Positions 19,978-29,605 of a DNA stretch of 64,000 nt are shown here, in pieces (position 1 is the first letter of the stretch; every line of letters starts with the position of its first letter). The notes under the pieces were generated by a model. The model did no database searches, was not told the DNA's origin, and was given only the letters and a program-made list of their open reading frames with translations. This stretch comes from Patescibacteria group bacterium. Its GTDB lineage: Bacteria > Patescibacteriota > Saccharimonadia > CAILAD01 > BJGX01. Position numbers and translations under genes: made by a program. The stretch spans positions 10,654-74,653 of the forward strand of contig JAPLVO010000012.1 of the NCBI GenBank assembly GCA_026397045.1. Direction: 5' to 3'.

Positions 19978-20764
19978 AAGATTTAATTTGTTTACTCAGG
20001 GCCAGAGGCTGATTGTTATTATTAGCGTCTGCGCGGCTCTTGTGTCGATGATGATTTTATATTACACACCGTCGCCGCTATTGCTGGTGCCAATTATTGT
20101 GGCTCTTAACTATGGGTTATTTAGGCGCCTACTGGTAACTAAAAAAATCAGGATGATAATCGCTAAATCTCTCCGGCCATTTATTTGGCTATCTGTAAGT
20201 TTATTTTATTTTTATAGCATCTATAGCATAAATTCTACCCCGGCGTATATATTTATAATTTGTTTGTCGGGCTGCTCTGCAGTATATGGGCTACTTAGCT
20301 ATATCGAGATCCAGCAAGAAACTAATTTGATGCTTAACAACTCTCTGACGCTAGTATTTATACTTATCACGACATCTCTCTCAAGCCTATTGGTATCTTA
20401 TTGGAACTGGCCTGTGCCACTTGTTATGGTTGGCCTCTGGCTTGTTAACTTCCTGATTGGCCTGTGGTGGTTACTGGACTTTACCAACAAACCACAGCTA
20501 CTAGCCGCACTCTGGGGTTTTGTAGTGGTAGAATTGGCCTGGCTGGCTTCACGCTGGACGGTACTATACCAGATCCCTAATCTGCCGCTGATAGTGTCTC
20601 AATTCTCTGCGATTGTCACTTCGTTGGCATATGGTTGGGGAGGGATATACTTTCACTACAAGCACCGTAGCCTCAAAAAAGCCATAGTATTTGAATATTT
20701 AGGTGTCACGATTGTGGTTTTTGCTGCGTTAATATTATTGAATCGCTGGACTAGTCTCGGCTAA
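19955..20764 (+). CDS. Polytopic membrane protein of unknown function
   Basis: About 8-9 hydrophobic segments; overlaps the end of the LCP gene. Confidence 0.75.
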   Translation: MNLKATFKRFNLFTQGQRLIVIISVCAALVSMMILYYTPSPLLLVPIIVALNYGLFRRLLVTKKIRMIIAKSLRPFIWLSVSLFYFYSIYSINSTPAYIFIICLSGCSAVYGLLSYIEIQQETNLMLNNSLTLVFILITTSLSSLLVSYWNWPVPLVMVGLWLVNFLIGLWWLLDFTNKPQLLAALWGFVVVELAWLASRWTVLYQIPNLPLIVSQFSAIVTSLAYGWGGIYFHYKHRSLKKAIVFEYLGVTIVVFAALILLNRWTSLG

Positions 20765-20785
20765 ATAATATTTAAAGGAGGTAAT

Positions 20786-21910
20786 TTGAAAGAAAACAGT
20801 TTAAGGGGAAACGCCAAGATATACATATTGGCGGCCTCACTAGCTTTGTTAGCAGGCTTTCTGGGGTCATTGGTCGGTAATTTCGTAATCCGCAAGCTGC
20901 CTAGCACAGTTATAAACCAAAGTAGACAAGTCGTTATCGATGAGCAGACAGCGGTCGTAAATGTCGCCAAGAAGGTTAGCCCTTCAGTGGTTAGTATTGT
21001 GTCCTCAGCAGCTCAGCAGGACCCCTATACTGGTAGCAGTAGTTTGGCTAAAACTGGAGCTGGCACTGGGATTATTATTAGCGCTGAGGGTTTGATAATA
21101 ACTAATAAGCATGTGGTGGAGGGCAGCGATAGTTTTACAGTTTTTATAAGCGATAACACCGAATACAAAAATGCAAAAGTTATTGCTACAGACCCCTTCA
21201 ATGATATCGCATTTATAAAAGTCGATGCCAAGGGATTAAAGCCGGCCGAGCTGGCTGATTCCGATAAGGTAGAGGTTGGCCAAAGTGTGGTGGCTATCGG
21301 TAATGCGCTGGGGCAGTTTCAGAACACCGTTACCACTGGCGTTATTTCTGGTAAATCTCGACCCATCACAGCTAGCAGCGGTGAAGGCGATTCGGAAAGC
21401 CTAACCAACTTATTCCAAACAGATGCCGCAATCAATCCCGGCAACTCCGGCGGGCCGCTCGTTAATATTGAGGGGCAGGTGATTGGTATAAATACTGCGG
21501 CTGCCGGAAGTGCCGAAAATATCGGCTTTGCAATACCTATAAATGATGCTAAAAGTGCTCTCGAATCCGTTATTAAAACTGGAAAAATAGCCCGCCCCTA
21601 TATTGGTGTCCGCTACATCGCCATTAACGATGGGATTGCAAAAGCCAATAACCTTGCTTCTAACACCGGAGCATTGATTTATGGCAAAGGCACTCAGCCG
21701 GCTGTCCTGCCTGGCAGCCCAGCAGATAAAGCAGGGCTACAAGAGGGCGATATTATTATTAAACTTGATGGCAAGGATATTAACGAATTAACTTCAATAA
21801 GCTCGGTGATTGGTAAGAAGAAGTCAGGCGACAAGATTGAAGTTGTGTATTTGCGAGATGGGAAACAAAATAAAGCTACTTTAGTCCTGGATGAGGCTCC
21901 AGCTAGCTAA
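20786..21910 (+). CDS. htrA: HtrA/DegP-family serine protease with PDZ domain
   Basis: TNKHVV, DIAFIK, QTDAAINPGNSGGPL, PDZ; TTG start with AAAGGAGG SD. Confidence 0.94.
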   Translation: MKENSLRGNAKIYILAASLALLAGFLGSLVGNFVIRKLPSTVINQSRQVVIDEQTAVVNVAKKVSPSVVSIVSSAAQQDPYTGSSSLAKTGAGTGIIISAEGLIITNKHVVEGSDSFTVFISDNTEYKNAKVIATDPFNDIAFIKVDAKGLKPAELADSDKVEVGQSVVAIGNALGQFQNTVTTGVISGKSRPITASSGEGDSESLTNLFQTDAAINPGNSGGPLVNIEGQVIGINTAAAGSAENIGFAIPINDAKSALESVIKTGKIARPYIGVRYIAINDGIAKANNLASNTGALIYGKGTQPAVLPGSPADKAGLQEGDIIIKLDGKDINELTSISSVIGKKKSGDKIEVVYLRDGKQNKATLVLDEAPAS

Positions 21911-22731
21911 GCTCCTTTTGAAAAGCCAAGTATTAAGTATTCCTCGAGCAGCAATTTAAGTCCTTGCTTTGAGGCTAGTTTCTTTAAGCCACTGTGCTGC
22001 CAGGGGTCTGATTCGTGATAGACAATACTACCAGGCACTAAATGCTCTGAAATTTCGCTGTAAAATTTACGATACAAATCTAGGCCGTCACCTTTGCCGC
22101 CAAAAAGTGCAATAGATGGCTCTTTTTGAACCTCAGGCTTCATATTTGGCTTGTAGTCTTCTGAGACATACGGAAGATTGGTGACAATTGTTTCAAATTT
22201 ACCTTCAATGCCTTTCCAGACATCAGCCTCGACAAAATTTATTTTATTATGGCTGCCTAGTAGGTTTTTGGCGTTAAGTTTGGCCACTTGCATAGCTAGG
22301 GGAGAAACTTCTGTAGCGGTAATTGTGAGGTCTGGGCGGTGCTTGGCAATGGCTATAGCCAGCGCGCCACTCCCGGTGCCTATATCGATTAGCCTTGAGT
22401 TTCTGGGAGCATTACTAATGGCTTGTTCGGCAATAAGCTCGGTTTCAACTCTTGGGCTCAAGACTCTGTTATCAACAAAAAAGTCTATGCCATAAAACTC
22501 TAGTTTGTTGGTGATATAGCATACTGGCTCGCGGTCCACACGGCGTGCTAATGCCTTATTAAATTCTAATCTACTATCTTCATCTAGCTCGTCATTATCG
22601 TGGGCTATAAGCCACTCTTTGGGCTCGCCAAGAGTATTTGCTAGTAGCAGTTCTGAATCTAGCTTGGGGTTGCTTACATCTGCCTCAATAAGCTGCTCTC
22701 TGGCTTTCTGCAGTGCTACTTTGATGATCAT
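21907..22731 (-). CDS. prmC: Release factor glutamine methyltransferase
   Basis: PRVETE, DIGTGSG, NLPY; directly downstream of prfA. Confidence 0.93.
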   Translation of the reverse strand: MIIKVALQKAREQLIEADVSNPKLDSELLLANTLGEPKEWLIAHDNDELDEDSRLEFNKALARRVDREPVCYITNKLEFYGIDFFVDNRVLSPRVETELIAEQAISNAPRNSRLIDIGTGSGALAIAIAKHRPDLTITATEVSPLAMQVAKLNAKNLLGSHNKINFVEADVWKGIEGKFETIVTNLPYVSEDYKPNMKPEVQKEPSIALFGGKGDGLDLYRKFYSEISEHLVPGSIVYHESDPWQHSGLKKLASKQGLKLLLEEYLILGFSKGA

Positions 22732-23795
22732 GATGAACTAGAGACGGCTTTATCTGTGGCGGCATCTCTTAGTGCTTTAAGTAGTTCTTGGATGCCCCCA
22801 TCCATTACCTTGGCTAGATTATGAGCCGTGTAGCCAATGCGGTGGTCTGTGACACGGTCTTGAGGGTAGTTGTAAGTACGAATTTTTTCACTTCTATCGC
22901 CAGTACCTATTTGCCCTCGGCGAGTATCGCCCATCTCCTGGGCCTCTTTTTGGGCCTGTGCATCTAGCAGCCTAGCTCTAAGCACACCCATAGCCTTAAG
23001 CTTATTTTTGAGTTGCGATTTTTCGTCCTGGCAAGTCACCACAATGCCACTAGGCAAGTGAGTGATTCGAACGGCGCTATCGGTGGTATTTACGCTCTGG
23101 CCACCATTGCCACTAGACCTGTACACATCCACCCTGAGTTCATTTTGGTTAATCTCGATGTCTTGCTGGTCGGCCTCTGGCAGTACTGCTACAGTTGCGG
23201 TAGAAGTGTGGATTCTTCCAGCACTTTCGGTGACAGGCACCCTCTGCACCCTATGCACACCAGATTCATATTTTAGAGTGCCATAAGGAGAATCACCACT
23301 AATTTGGGCAATTACTTCCTTGTAGCCACCTGCTGGGTTGGGGCTCTCACTTAGGAGGCTCAGTTTTAAGCTATTGTCTTCGCAGAACCTCGCATACATT
23401 CGTAGCAAATCGCCTGCAAAAATACTGCTTTCATCGCCACCTGCTCCAGCACGAATTTCAATAATTGCATTTTTGGAATCATTAGGGTCGATCGGTATTA
23501 GAGCTATTCTTATCTCCGACTGTAATGATTCTATTAGAGGCTCTAGCCTGGCTACTTCTTCAGTCGCGAAGTCTTTCATATCTGCATCTGAGAGCATTTC
23601 GGTAGCAGCAACAAGGTCGGCCTCAGCATCACTCACTTGCTGGTACAGACTCAGCCTTTCGCTAAGCTGTCTTTGTCGGTTCACTAATTTGCCCGATTCG
23701 GCACTTGCGTATATTTTAGGATCAGCTAATTTAGCCTCAATTAATTCAAGCTCATGTCTCGTATTGGTAATGGTGGTTTGGTTAATAGTGCTCAT
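22728..23795 (-). CDS. prfA: Peptide chain release factor 1
   Basis: GVHRVQRVPVTE (PxT), GGQ, DRSEKIRTYN. Confidence 0.98.
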   Translation of the reverse strand: MSTINQTTITNTRHELELIEAKLADPKIYASAESGKLVNRQRQLSERLSLYQQVSDAEADLVAATEMLSDADMKDFATEEVARLEPLIESLQSEIRIALIPIDPNDSKNAIIEIRAGAGGDESSIFAGDLLRMYARFCEDNSLKLSLLSESPNPAGGYKEVIAQISGDSPYGTLKYESGVHRVQRVPVTESAGRIHTSTATVAVLPEADQQDIEINQNELRVDVYRSSGNGGQSVNTTDSAVRITHLPSGIVVTCQDEKSQLKNKLKAMGVLRARLLDAQAQKEAQEMGDTRRGQIGTGDRSEKIRTYNYPQDRVTDHRIGYTAHNLAKVMDGGIQELLKALRDAATDKAVSSSS

Positions 23796-23845
23796 ACATA
23801 CAAATAATACCCTAATTATAGGGTATTATCGTGTTTATTTATTAT

Positions 23846-24208
23846 TTATTGTTCGTTTGGCTGCTCTAATGGGCTTGGCTTCTGGTTTAGCTTAGGCTTC
23901 GGCTTAGAGGTGCTTGCGGCTGCTGTGGGCGTGGTTTTGGAAATCTTGGCCTGCTTGCGTTTAGCCTCTTTAATGGCTTTTTTGCCTAGGTCATCTCGGC
24001 GAGATTTGGCAGCCTCAGATCTTGCTCGGAACCTATCGACTCTTCCGGCAGTATCGACTAGCTTTTGTTTGCCAGTATAGAATGGGTGACACTGGCTACA
24101 AACATCTACTGTAATATCATCGACCGTAGAGGTCGATTCAAAGGTAGTGCCGCAGCCCAGGCAGGCAACTTTAGTTTTCTTTATTTCGGGGTGTATACCA
24201 GCTCTCAT
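23846..24208 (-). CDS. rpmE: 50S ribosomal protein L31 (Zn type) with basic C-terminal extension
   Basis: GIHP, CLGC...[16 protein letters not shown]. Confidence 0.96.
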   Translation of the reverse strand: MRAGIHPEIKKTKVACLGCGTTFESTSTVDDITVDVCSQCHPFYTGKQKLVDTAGRVDRFRARSEAAKSRRDDLGKKAIKEAKRKQAKISKTTPTAAASTSKPKPKLNQKPSPLEQPNEQ

Positions 24209-24251
24209 AATTTTACAATAATATCAGATTATGCCCCCAAGGTCAAACCTA

Positions 24252-24635
24252 TTAACTTGATGTAGCCTTGCCGAGCTTGGCGGAAAGTAAAAGTTGCCGA
24301 GTATCGCCGGTACCATCCGTTATCTCTGTTTTTTGAGTTTCATCGTAGTAGCTCACTAAGTAGTGGCTCATTATCTCTTGCAGATCCTTCTGTTTGAGTT
24401 TTTCGTCGTCTAAGTCGGCATTGATCTTCTGAAAATCTTTATCAGCCAAAAGTAGCTTTTTAGCTTCTGCCCGCTTGGTGCTAAGCTCTTTTATTTCTTC
24501 CTCTAGCTTACGATATTCATCGTTTTGCTCCATCACATCTTTTAACTGCTCTCTTATTGTTCTTATTTTTTCTTTAGACTCTGTAATCTCTGGCATTAAT
24601 CTGTGTATCGACTCGAGCGGTGTTTTGTCTTCCAT
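24252..24635 (-). CDS. Hypothetical coiled-coil protein
   Basis: Heptad-rich 127-aa ORF; TATAAT and AAGGAG upstream. Confidence 0.75.
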   Translation of the reverse strand: MEDKTPLESIHRLMPEITESKEKIRTIREQLKDVMEQNDEYRKLEEEIKELSTKRAEAKKLLLADKDFQKINADLDDEKLKQKDLQEIMSHYLVSYYDETQKTEITDGTGDTRQLLLSAKLGKATSS

Positions 24636-24698
24636 ATTTCTCCTTATTCAAATAACTATTATAACGCCTGAGCTTGGATTGCCAAGAGTATTTTTAAA

Positions 24699-25397
24699 TT
24701 ATTTGCGAGCTTGAGCATTACGAGCAATCTGCATAATAGTTTCTTCATCATCTGTAATCGTATATAGGCCCATGTCAGCCGCGTCGATAGTCCCGGTTGG
24801 CAGCATCAGGCTGCGATGCATATGTTCATTTAGAGTCTCCCAGAAATAGGCGCCAACACATACTATTGGTACGCGATTTATCTTGGCTGTTTGCACTAGC
24901 GTCAATATTTCATAAAATTCATCCATGGTGCCAAAGCCACCCGGGAAATAAATATACATTCGGGCTGCAAAAGCCAGTACAACTTTGCGCGTAAAAAAGT
25001 ATTGAAAGGGTATTTCTTGAGTGATGTATTCATTTGTAACCTGTTTGTGCGGGATTTTTATGGTGGCAGCTACAGATTTGCCTCCTGCTTCGAATGCCCC
25101 CCGACTGGCAGCCTCCATGATACCCCCACCGCCACCTGTTACTACGGTGTAGTCAAGCTCTTCGGAGAGCCGCCGGGCAAGCTGGCGAGCCTTAATGTAG
25201 TCGGGGTGGTTTTCATCGAAGCGGGCAGAACCAAAGAAAGTCACCTTTTTGGGGTATCGACTCATCAGTTCAAGGCCCTGAGTTATTTCTTCGTTTATTC
25301 GGCAGACTCGCTGGGCATTGTTATCGCCAGGCTCTGTGACAAGGCAGGCCTTCTGGATCTCTTCTAGCGAAAGCGGTTTTATTTTAGATTCGCTCAT
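24699..25397 (-). CDS. LOG family (TIGR00730-like) nucleotide phosphoribohydrolase
   Basis: VTFFGSAR, TGGGGGIMEAA, YFFTRK, PGGFGTMDE. Confidence 0.92.
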   Translation of the reverse strand: MSESKIKPLSLEEIQKACLVTEPGDNNAQRVCRINEEITQGLELMSRYPKKVTFFGSARFDENHPDYIKARQLARRLSEELDYTVVTGGGGGIMEAASRGAFEAGGKSVAATIKIPHKQVTNEYITQEIPFQYFFTRKVVLAFAARMYIYFPGGFGTMDEFYEILTLVQTAKINRVPIVCVGAYFWETLNEHMHRSLMLPTGTIDAADMGLYTITDDEETIMQIARNAQARK

Positions 25398-25572
25398 GCA
25401 TATTATTTTAACTGGTTATGATTAATTAGTCCAAAGTATTTTAGATATATTATCTAAAACCCACTATTATCCCCTTAGTATTTCAGTTTGTTTGCTAGCT
25501 GTTCGTATTATCAGCTATAATACCGATGCCTCTAGCACCTAGTGGGTTTTTGCTAGCACCACATTTAGCGCT

Positions 25573-25824
25573 TTAAAAAGTATGCCAAACACTATTTACA
25601 AACCAATTATGCTTCGGTAATATAGATATCAGTTGATACATATTTAAACAAACAGGAGGGTTAGTGATATGCCAGAAAAAGCCAAAACCACAGGCACAAT
25701 TAAAGATGACGACTGGGACAAGCCAATGACCTGCCCAATCGATCCAAAAGAGCTCGCTGAGTGCGAAGCTTGCCAGTAGCAAAAGTAGCAAAATTCTAGC
25801 TGCACTCATGTGAGGCTTTTGCAT
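25573..25824 (-). CDS. Possible small membrane protein
   Basis: Two hydrophobic segments; no SD; no family recognised. Confidence 0.4.
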   Translation of the reverse strand: MQKPHMSAARILLLLLLASFALSELFWIDWAGHWLVPVVIFNCACGFGFFWHITNPPVCLNMYQLISILPKHNWFVNSVWHTF

Positions 25825-25840
25825 ATAAAATTAAATAACA

Positions 25841-25873
25841 CAAAACCCCCACTAATAAATAGCGGGGGTTTTG
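25841..25873 (-). terminator. Intrinsic terminator after the rpf-like gene
   Basis: CAAAACCCCC...GGGGGTTTTG inverted repeat. Confidence 0.8.
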
Positions 25874-25902
25874 ATTTATGGCTTGTGCTAGCTAGCTTAG
25901 GC

Positions 25903-26502
25903 TTATAAAAGACCTAATCTACGAGCACATGATGGCCATGGAGACCAGCCACGTCGGGACTGAGTTTCGCGAGCCTTGGCATCCTGAACTTCAGGAGGAG
26001 CAAGGTCGGGGCGGGCATAGCCGCCATAATTGGCCCAAGTACTCATATCGTACTGGTAGGCACCATAGTAGCCGTTACCTGTGTTGGTGTTGTAGTTACC
26101 ACCAGCTTCACAGAATCTAAGCTTGGCAAAGGCGTCATCGCCACCAATTACAAGCTTAGTAGCATTGGCCGCAGGGCCTGCCTTAGCAATAGACTTAAGC
26201 TGTTGTGCCTTTAGGGCAGCTTCAGCGTCAGCCTTGGCCTTGGCTTCCTGTGAGGCCTTAAGGGGCTTTACGACAGCATCGATAAAAGTAGGACGCTTGT
26301 CTTTGACTGAAAGGGACAGGGTGTTTGTGTTAAGGTTCAAATCGTAGTCTTGCTTGGCTGTACTCTCAGCCTGGCTGATAGCCAGTGCTGGCTCGGCGAC
26401 AGTAACTTGTACGGGGTTGATCGCCTGTTGTAGTAGCACCAATACGGTGAATACTGCTATATATAAGTTACGCATAGGTTTGATAGATGGCTTGCTGGGC
26501 AA
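25903..26502 (-). CDS. Resuscitation-promoting-factor (Rpf)-type lytic transglycosylase with N-terminal anchor
   Basis: C-terminal FAKLRFCEAGGNYNTNTGNGYYGAYQY..STW...GWSPWPSC matches the Rpf domain (catalytic Glu, two Cys); start uncertain (TTG 26502 or ATG 26475). Confidence 0.92.
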   Translation of the reverse strand: MPSKPSIKPMRNLYIAVFTVLVLLQQAINPVQVTVAEPALAISQAESTAKQDYDLNLNTNTLSLSVKDKRPTFIDAVVKPLKASQEAKAKADAEAALKAQQLKSIAKAGPAANATKLVIGGDDAFAKLRFCEAGGNYNTNTGNGYYGAYQYDMSTWANYGGYARPDLAPPEVQDAKARETQSRRGWSPWPSCARRLGLL

Positions 26503-26543
26503 TACCCACCTAGTTAAACTTCCTCGTTTAATGTTGTTTTGCC

Positions 26544-26636
26544 AAGAACGATTTCGACCTCAAAATATGAGTTCGTTCTTATGTCTACTGCTCAACTGAA
26601 AAGAGACCTTAATTAGGGTCTCTCAATTGAACAGAC
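26544..26636 (-). ncRNA. Structured 5' leader (two long hairpins) of the rpf-like gene
   Basis: Inverted repeats 26583-26636 and 26544-26580 lie between the promoter and the CDS. Confidence 0.6.
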
Positions 26637-26639
26637 GAT

Positions 26640-26668
26640 ATTATACCAAGCATAAGCGTATTTGTCAA
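26640..26668 (-). promoter_or_regulatory. Consensus sigma70 promoter for the rpf-like gene
   Basis: TTGACA-17nt-TATAAT with TG extension on the minus strand. Confidence 0.85.
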
Positions 26669-26822
26669 GGGTATTAGTGGCCTGGGCTAATTCCAACAGG
26701 TTAAAACAGCATTTGCGCTCATGCTTGACAGCTATTGGGCAGGACTATTATTGATGCCTATGAGCTATTTACCAAAATAAAAGGATATGGTATAAATAGA
26801 GGCCACCCTAAAAGGAGAAAAT

Positions 26823-27278
26823 ATGGCTATTGCCTATATTGGTATGGGCTTGCCTGGTGCAGGCAAGACTACTTACCTAGTTAAGCTAGCGCAATTGATT
26901 GATGCCCAATATATCTGTGCTGATGAAATAAGGGCAGAGCTTTACGGCTCAGCAGAAATCCAAGGTGATCCCCCAGAAGTATGGAGAATTGTTCACGAAA
27001 GAGCCAGTGCTGCACTTGATAGTGGCAAGGATGTCATTATAGACGGCACCCATGCTAAAAAAGCCGACAGAAGGGCTACGATAGAAAGCTGTAAGACCGC
27101 AATCAAAATCCACTTAATATGGTTTAAGACGCCATACCATGAGTGCTTGAAGCGGAATTCGCTACGAGACAGGGTTGTACCAAAGCAAGATATCGATGAG
27201 ATGAAATGGCAGCTAGAACAACAGCCACCGCTCAATTCGGAAGGTTTTAATGAGCTGGAGATAATATACAGCCGATAA
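26823..27278 (+). CDS. P-loop kinase (AAA_33 / polynucleotide-kinase-like)
   Basis: GLPGAGKTT, ADEIRAEL, VIIDGT, KRNSLRDRVVP; SD AAGGAG. Confidence 0.85.
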   Translation: MAIAYIGMGLPGAGKTTYLVKLAQLIDAQYICADEIRAELYGSAEIQGDPPEVWRIVHERASAALDSGKDVIIDGTHAKKADRRATIESCKTAIKIHLIWFKTPYHECLKRNSLRDRVVPKQDIDEMKWQLEQQPPLNSEGFNELEIIYSR

Positions 27279-27303
27279 AATGATCTAAAAAAGCACCTTT
27301 TAA

Positions 27304-27331
27304 TTAAGCCGCCCCAGTAGGGGCGGCTTAA
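27304..27331. terminator. Terminator between the convergent kinase gene and typA
   Basis: TTAAGCCGCCCC-AGTA-GGGGCGGCTTAA. Confidence 0.8.
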
Positions 27332-27334
27332 AAA

Positions 27335-29161
27335 TTACCTGTTATTATTTGATTTCTTTCTTTCATGAGGTGAAAGGTATTTTTTGCGTATTCTTATGGT
27401 CTCTGGAGTCACCTCGAGGAGCTCATCGGCCTCGATAAAGTCGATAGCCTGTTCTAGGCTGAGGTTAGTGAAGGGGGAAAGCTTGGTGGCATCATCCGAA
27501 CCAGATGCCCGTACATTAGTCAGCTTCTTTTCTTTGGCAACATTTATTTCCATATCATCACTACGGGAATTTAAGCCAATAACCATTCCGCCGTATACTT
27601 TTGTGCCAGGACCGATATAGGCTGTGCCTCGAGCCTCGACTGTTTGCAGGCTGTAAGGTGTGGCTGTACCAGTTTCGGCTGCAATCAGAGCACCCTTGCG
27701 AAGCTGCTGGAGCCCAGCAGTAGCCGGTGCATAGCCAATGGAAAGCGAATTCATAATTACCGTACCTTTTGTGGCAGTCAGAAGGATATTGCGTAGTCCT
27801 AGCAATGTTCTGGTGGGAAGTTCATAAATGAGTTCAGTGGTGTTCTTGGTAGTGGCCCTTTGATCCTTAATTAGCGCCTTGCGCTGTCCTAGCTCTCTTT
27901 GAATAGTTCCTGAGTATTCATCAGGTACTTCAACGGTAAGTTCTTCGATTGGCTCCATAGTTTGGCCGTCTTCTTGCTTGGTTATAACCTGCGGTCGTCC
28001 TACTTCTAGTTCAAACCCTTCGCGCCGCATCGTCTCTATGAGCACTGAAAGGTGCAGCTCGCCCCTTCCAGAGACAAGAAACTGCGTATCTCGCTCGTCG
28101 ACTAAAAGCCCGACATTGGTTTCGAGTTCTTTGTGGAGTCTAGCGGCAATCTGTCGAGATGTCGTAAGCGATCCCTCTTGCCCAGCAAATGGTGAAGTAT
28201 TGGGGCCTATGCCAATTTGCAAAGTCGGCGGAGCTATTTCCATAACAGGAAGAGCTTCGGGGTTGGTAGGATCGGCGAGTGTTTCTCCGATAGATGCAGA
28301 ATCTATACCTGTAAAAGAAACAATATCACCCGCTCGGACTTCTGGAACTTCCTTGCGGTCCAGGCCTTCATTAACGAAGACTTTTTCGATCTTAGATTTG
28401 ATATGGTTACCTTTTGCGTCAATCACCACCACGGCTTGGCCTGGCTTAGCACTGCCTCTGCGAATTCGACCGATGCAGTATTTGCCCTGGTAGCTGTCCC
28501 AATCTAGGGCTGTAACAAGCATCTGGAAGGGGGCATCTAGATCGGCCTGAGGAGCCGGAATATGGTTGAGTATAGCCTCAAAGATAGGCGTTAGGTCGGC
28601 AGTAATTGTCATGTCTTCGGGAATTTCACTCCACGAAACGCCATCTCGGCCAATTGCATAATAAATAGGGAAGTCCAGCTGATCCTCTTCAGTTGCAAGG
28701 TCTAAAAATAAGTTACTTATTTCGTCCTCGACATCTTTAATTCGGGCATCACGCTTGTCTATTTTGTTAATTACAACGACCGGCTTTAGCCCTAGCTGGA
28801 GGGCCTTTTGTAGTACAAATTTGGTCTGAGGCATTGGGCCTTCTTGAGCATCAACTATAAGCAAAACACCATCAGCCATATTGAGTGTACGCTCAACTTC
28901 GCCAGAAAAGTCGGCGTGCCCAGGAGTATCGATGATATTTATTTTGGTGTCACCGTACTGAACAGCAGTTTGCTTAGCGGAAATAGTAATACCGCGTTCG
29001 CGCTCTAAATCGCCAGTATCTAAGATAGTAGTTTGGCTCATTTCAGCTTGGTTGTCGCGGAATGAGTTGGATTGCTTTAAAAGACCATCAACCAAGGTGG
29101 TTTTGCCATGGTCTACATGGGCAATGATTGCAATATTTCGGATGTTATCTGGATTTGTCAT
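27335..29161 (-). CDS. typA: Translational GTPase TypA/BipA
   Basis: [43 protein letters not shown]. Confidence 0.98.
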   Translation of the reverse strand: MTNPDNIRNIAIIAHVDHGKTTLVDGLLKQSNSFRDNQAEMSQTTILDTGDLERERGITISAKQTAVQYGDTKINIIDTPGHADFSGEVERTLNMADGVLLIVDAQEGPMPQTKFVLQKALQLGLKPVVVINKIDKRDARIKDVEDEISNLFLDLATEEDQLDFPIYYAIGRDGVSWSEIPEDMTITADLTPIFEAILNHIPAPQADLDAPFQMLVTALDWDSYQGKYCIGRIRRGSAKPGQAVVVIDAKGNHIKSKIEKVFVNEGLDRKEVPEVRAGDIVSFTGIDSASIGETLADPTNPEALPVMEIAPPTLQIGIGPNTSPFAGQEGSLTTSRQIAARLHKELETNVGLLVDERDTQFLVSGRGELHLSVLIETMRREGFELEVGRPQVITKQEDGQTMEPIEELTVEVPDEYSGTIQRELGQRKALIKDQRATTKNTTELIYELPTRTLLGLRNILLTATKGTVIMNSLSIGYAPATAGLQQLRKGALIAAETGTATPYSLQTVEARGTAYIGPGTKVYGGMVIGLNSRSDDMEINVAKEKKLTNVRASGSDDATKLSPFTNLSLEQAIDFIEADELLEVTPETIRIRKKYLSPHERKKSNNNR

Positions 29162-29171
29162 AGTTATAATT

Positions 29172-29246
29172 AAAAATAAAAAGCCCCACTTAGGGCTTAC
29201 CTAGTAATTGACTTAAGACTATATCATAAAAACTATGCGGTGTCGA
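29172..29246 (-). promoter_or_regulatory. typA promoter and terminator-containing leader
   Basis: TCGACA-17nt-TATAGT, then AAGCCC-TAAGTG-GGGCTT-TTTATTTTT before the ATG. Confidence 0.6.
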
Positions 29247-29351
29247 GCTATTAAAGACTTCAGCTTAGGCAGTTTTCTTGATCAAGGGCTCAATATGTGT
29301 AATAATTATTACCCAGTTGGTTACCTTTGAAACTATGTACCTAGGGGGGAA

Positions 29352-29513
29352 ATGTACGGTTTAGTAGATGGAGAATGGCAGTTAGCAATCTTTTTAGTGG
29401 TAGCATCCGTGGCGTTACTCGTCATGGCTCACCTTATTCCTGGAAAATCCACAAAATCCGCCCAACAGAGCGAGATTTTACAGAAGGAACGAAGTGCTAA
29501 CAAGCCGGAATAG
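29352..29513 (+). CDS. Small single-TM protein (53 aa; not in the ORF track)
   Basis: MYGLVDGEWQLAIFLVVASVALLVMAHLIPGKSTKSAQQSEILQKERSANKPE; G-rich SD upstream and strong hairpin downstream. Confidence 0.65.
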   Translation: MYGLVDGEWQLAIFLVVASVALLVMAHLIPGKSTKSAQQSEILQKERSANKPE

Positions 29514-29530
29514 ACTTAATTAAAAGATAA

Positions 29531-29558
29531 CAGGGCTCTCGTTAATTCGAGAGCCCTG
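29531..29558 (+). terminator. Hairpin terminator after the small ORF
   Basis: CAGGGCTCTCG-TTAATT-CGAGAGCCCTG. Confidence 0.75.
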
Positions 29559-29605
29559 AAACATTTTTGTAGTAAAAAGCCTAATAATTGCTACAATAAT
29601 TAAAT

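Noticed and set aside
23338-23895. Long antisense and alternate-frame ORFs (also 27978-28493, 36631-37110, 55868-56401, 59151-59621 and those in 53184-54943)
   Set aside because: They are shadows of well-supported genes, with no motifs or translation signals; high GC inflates them in the island.
26503-26640. c-di-AMP (ydaO) riboswitch before the rpf-like gene
   Set aside because: Expected by analogy to rpfA, but the conserved GAAUCC/GGAAC/GGGGGA-type elements are not visible.
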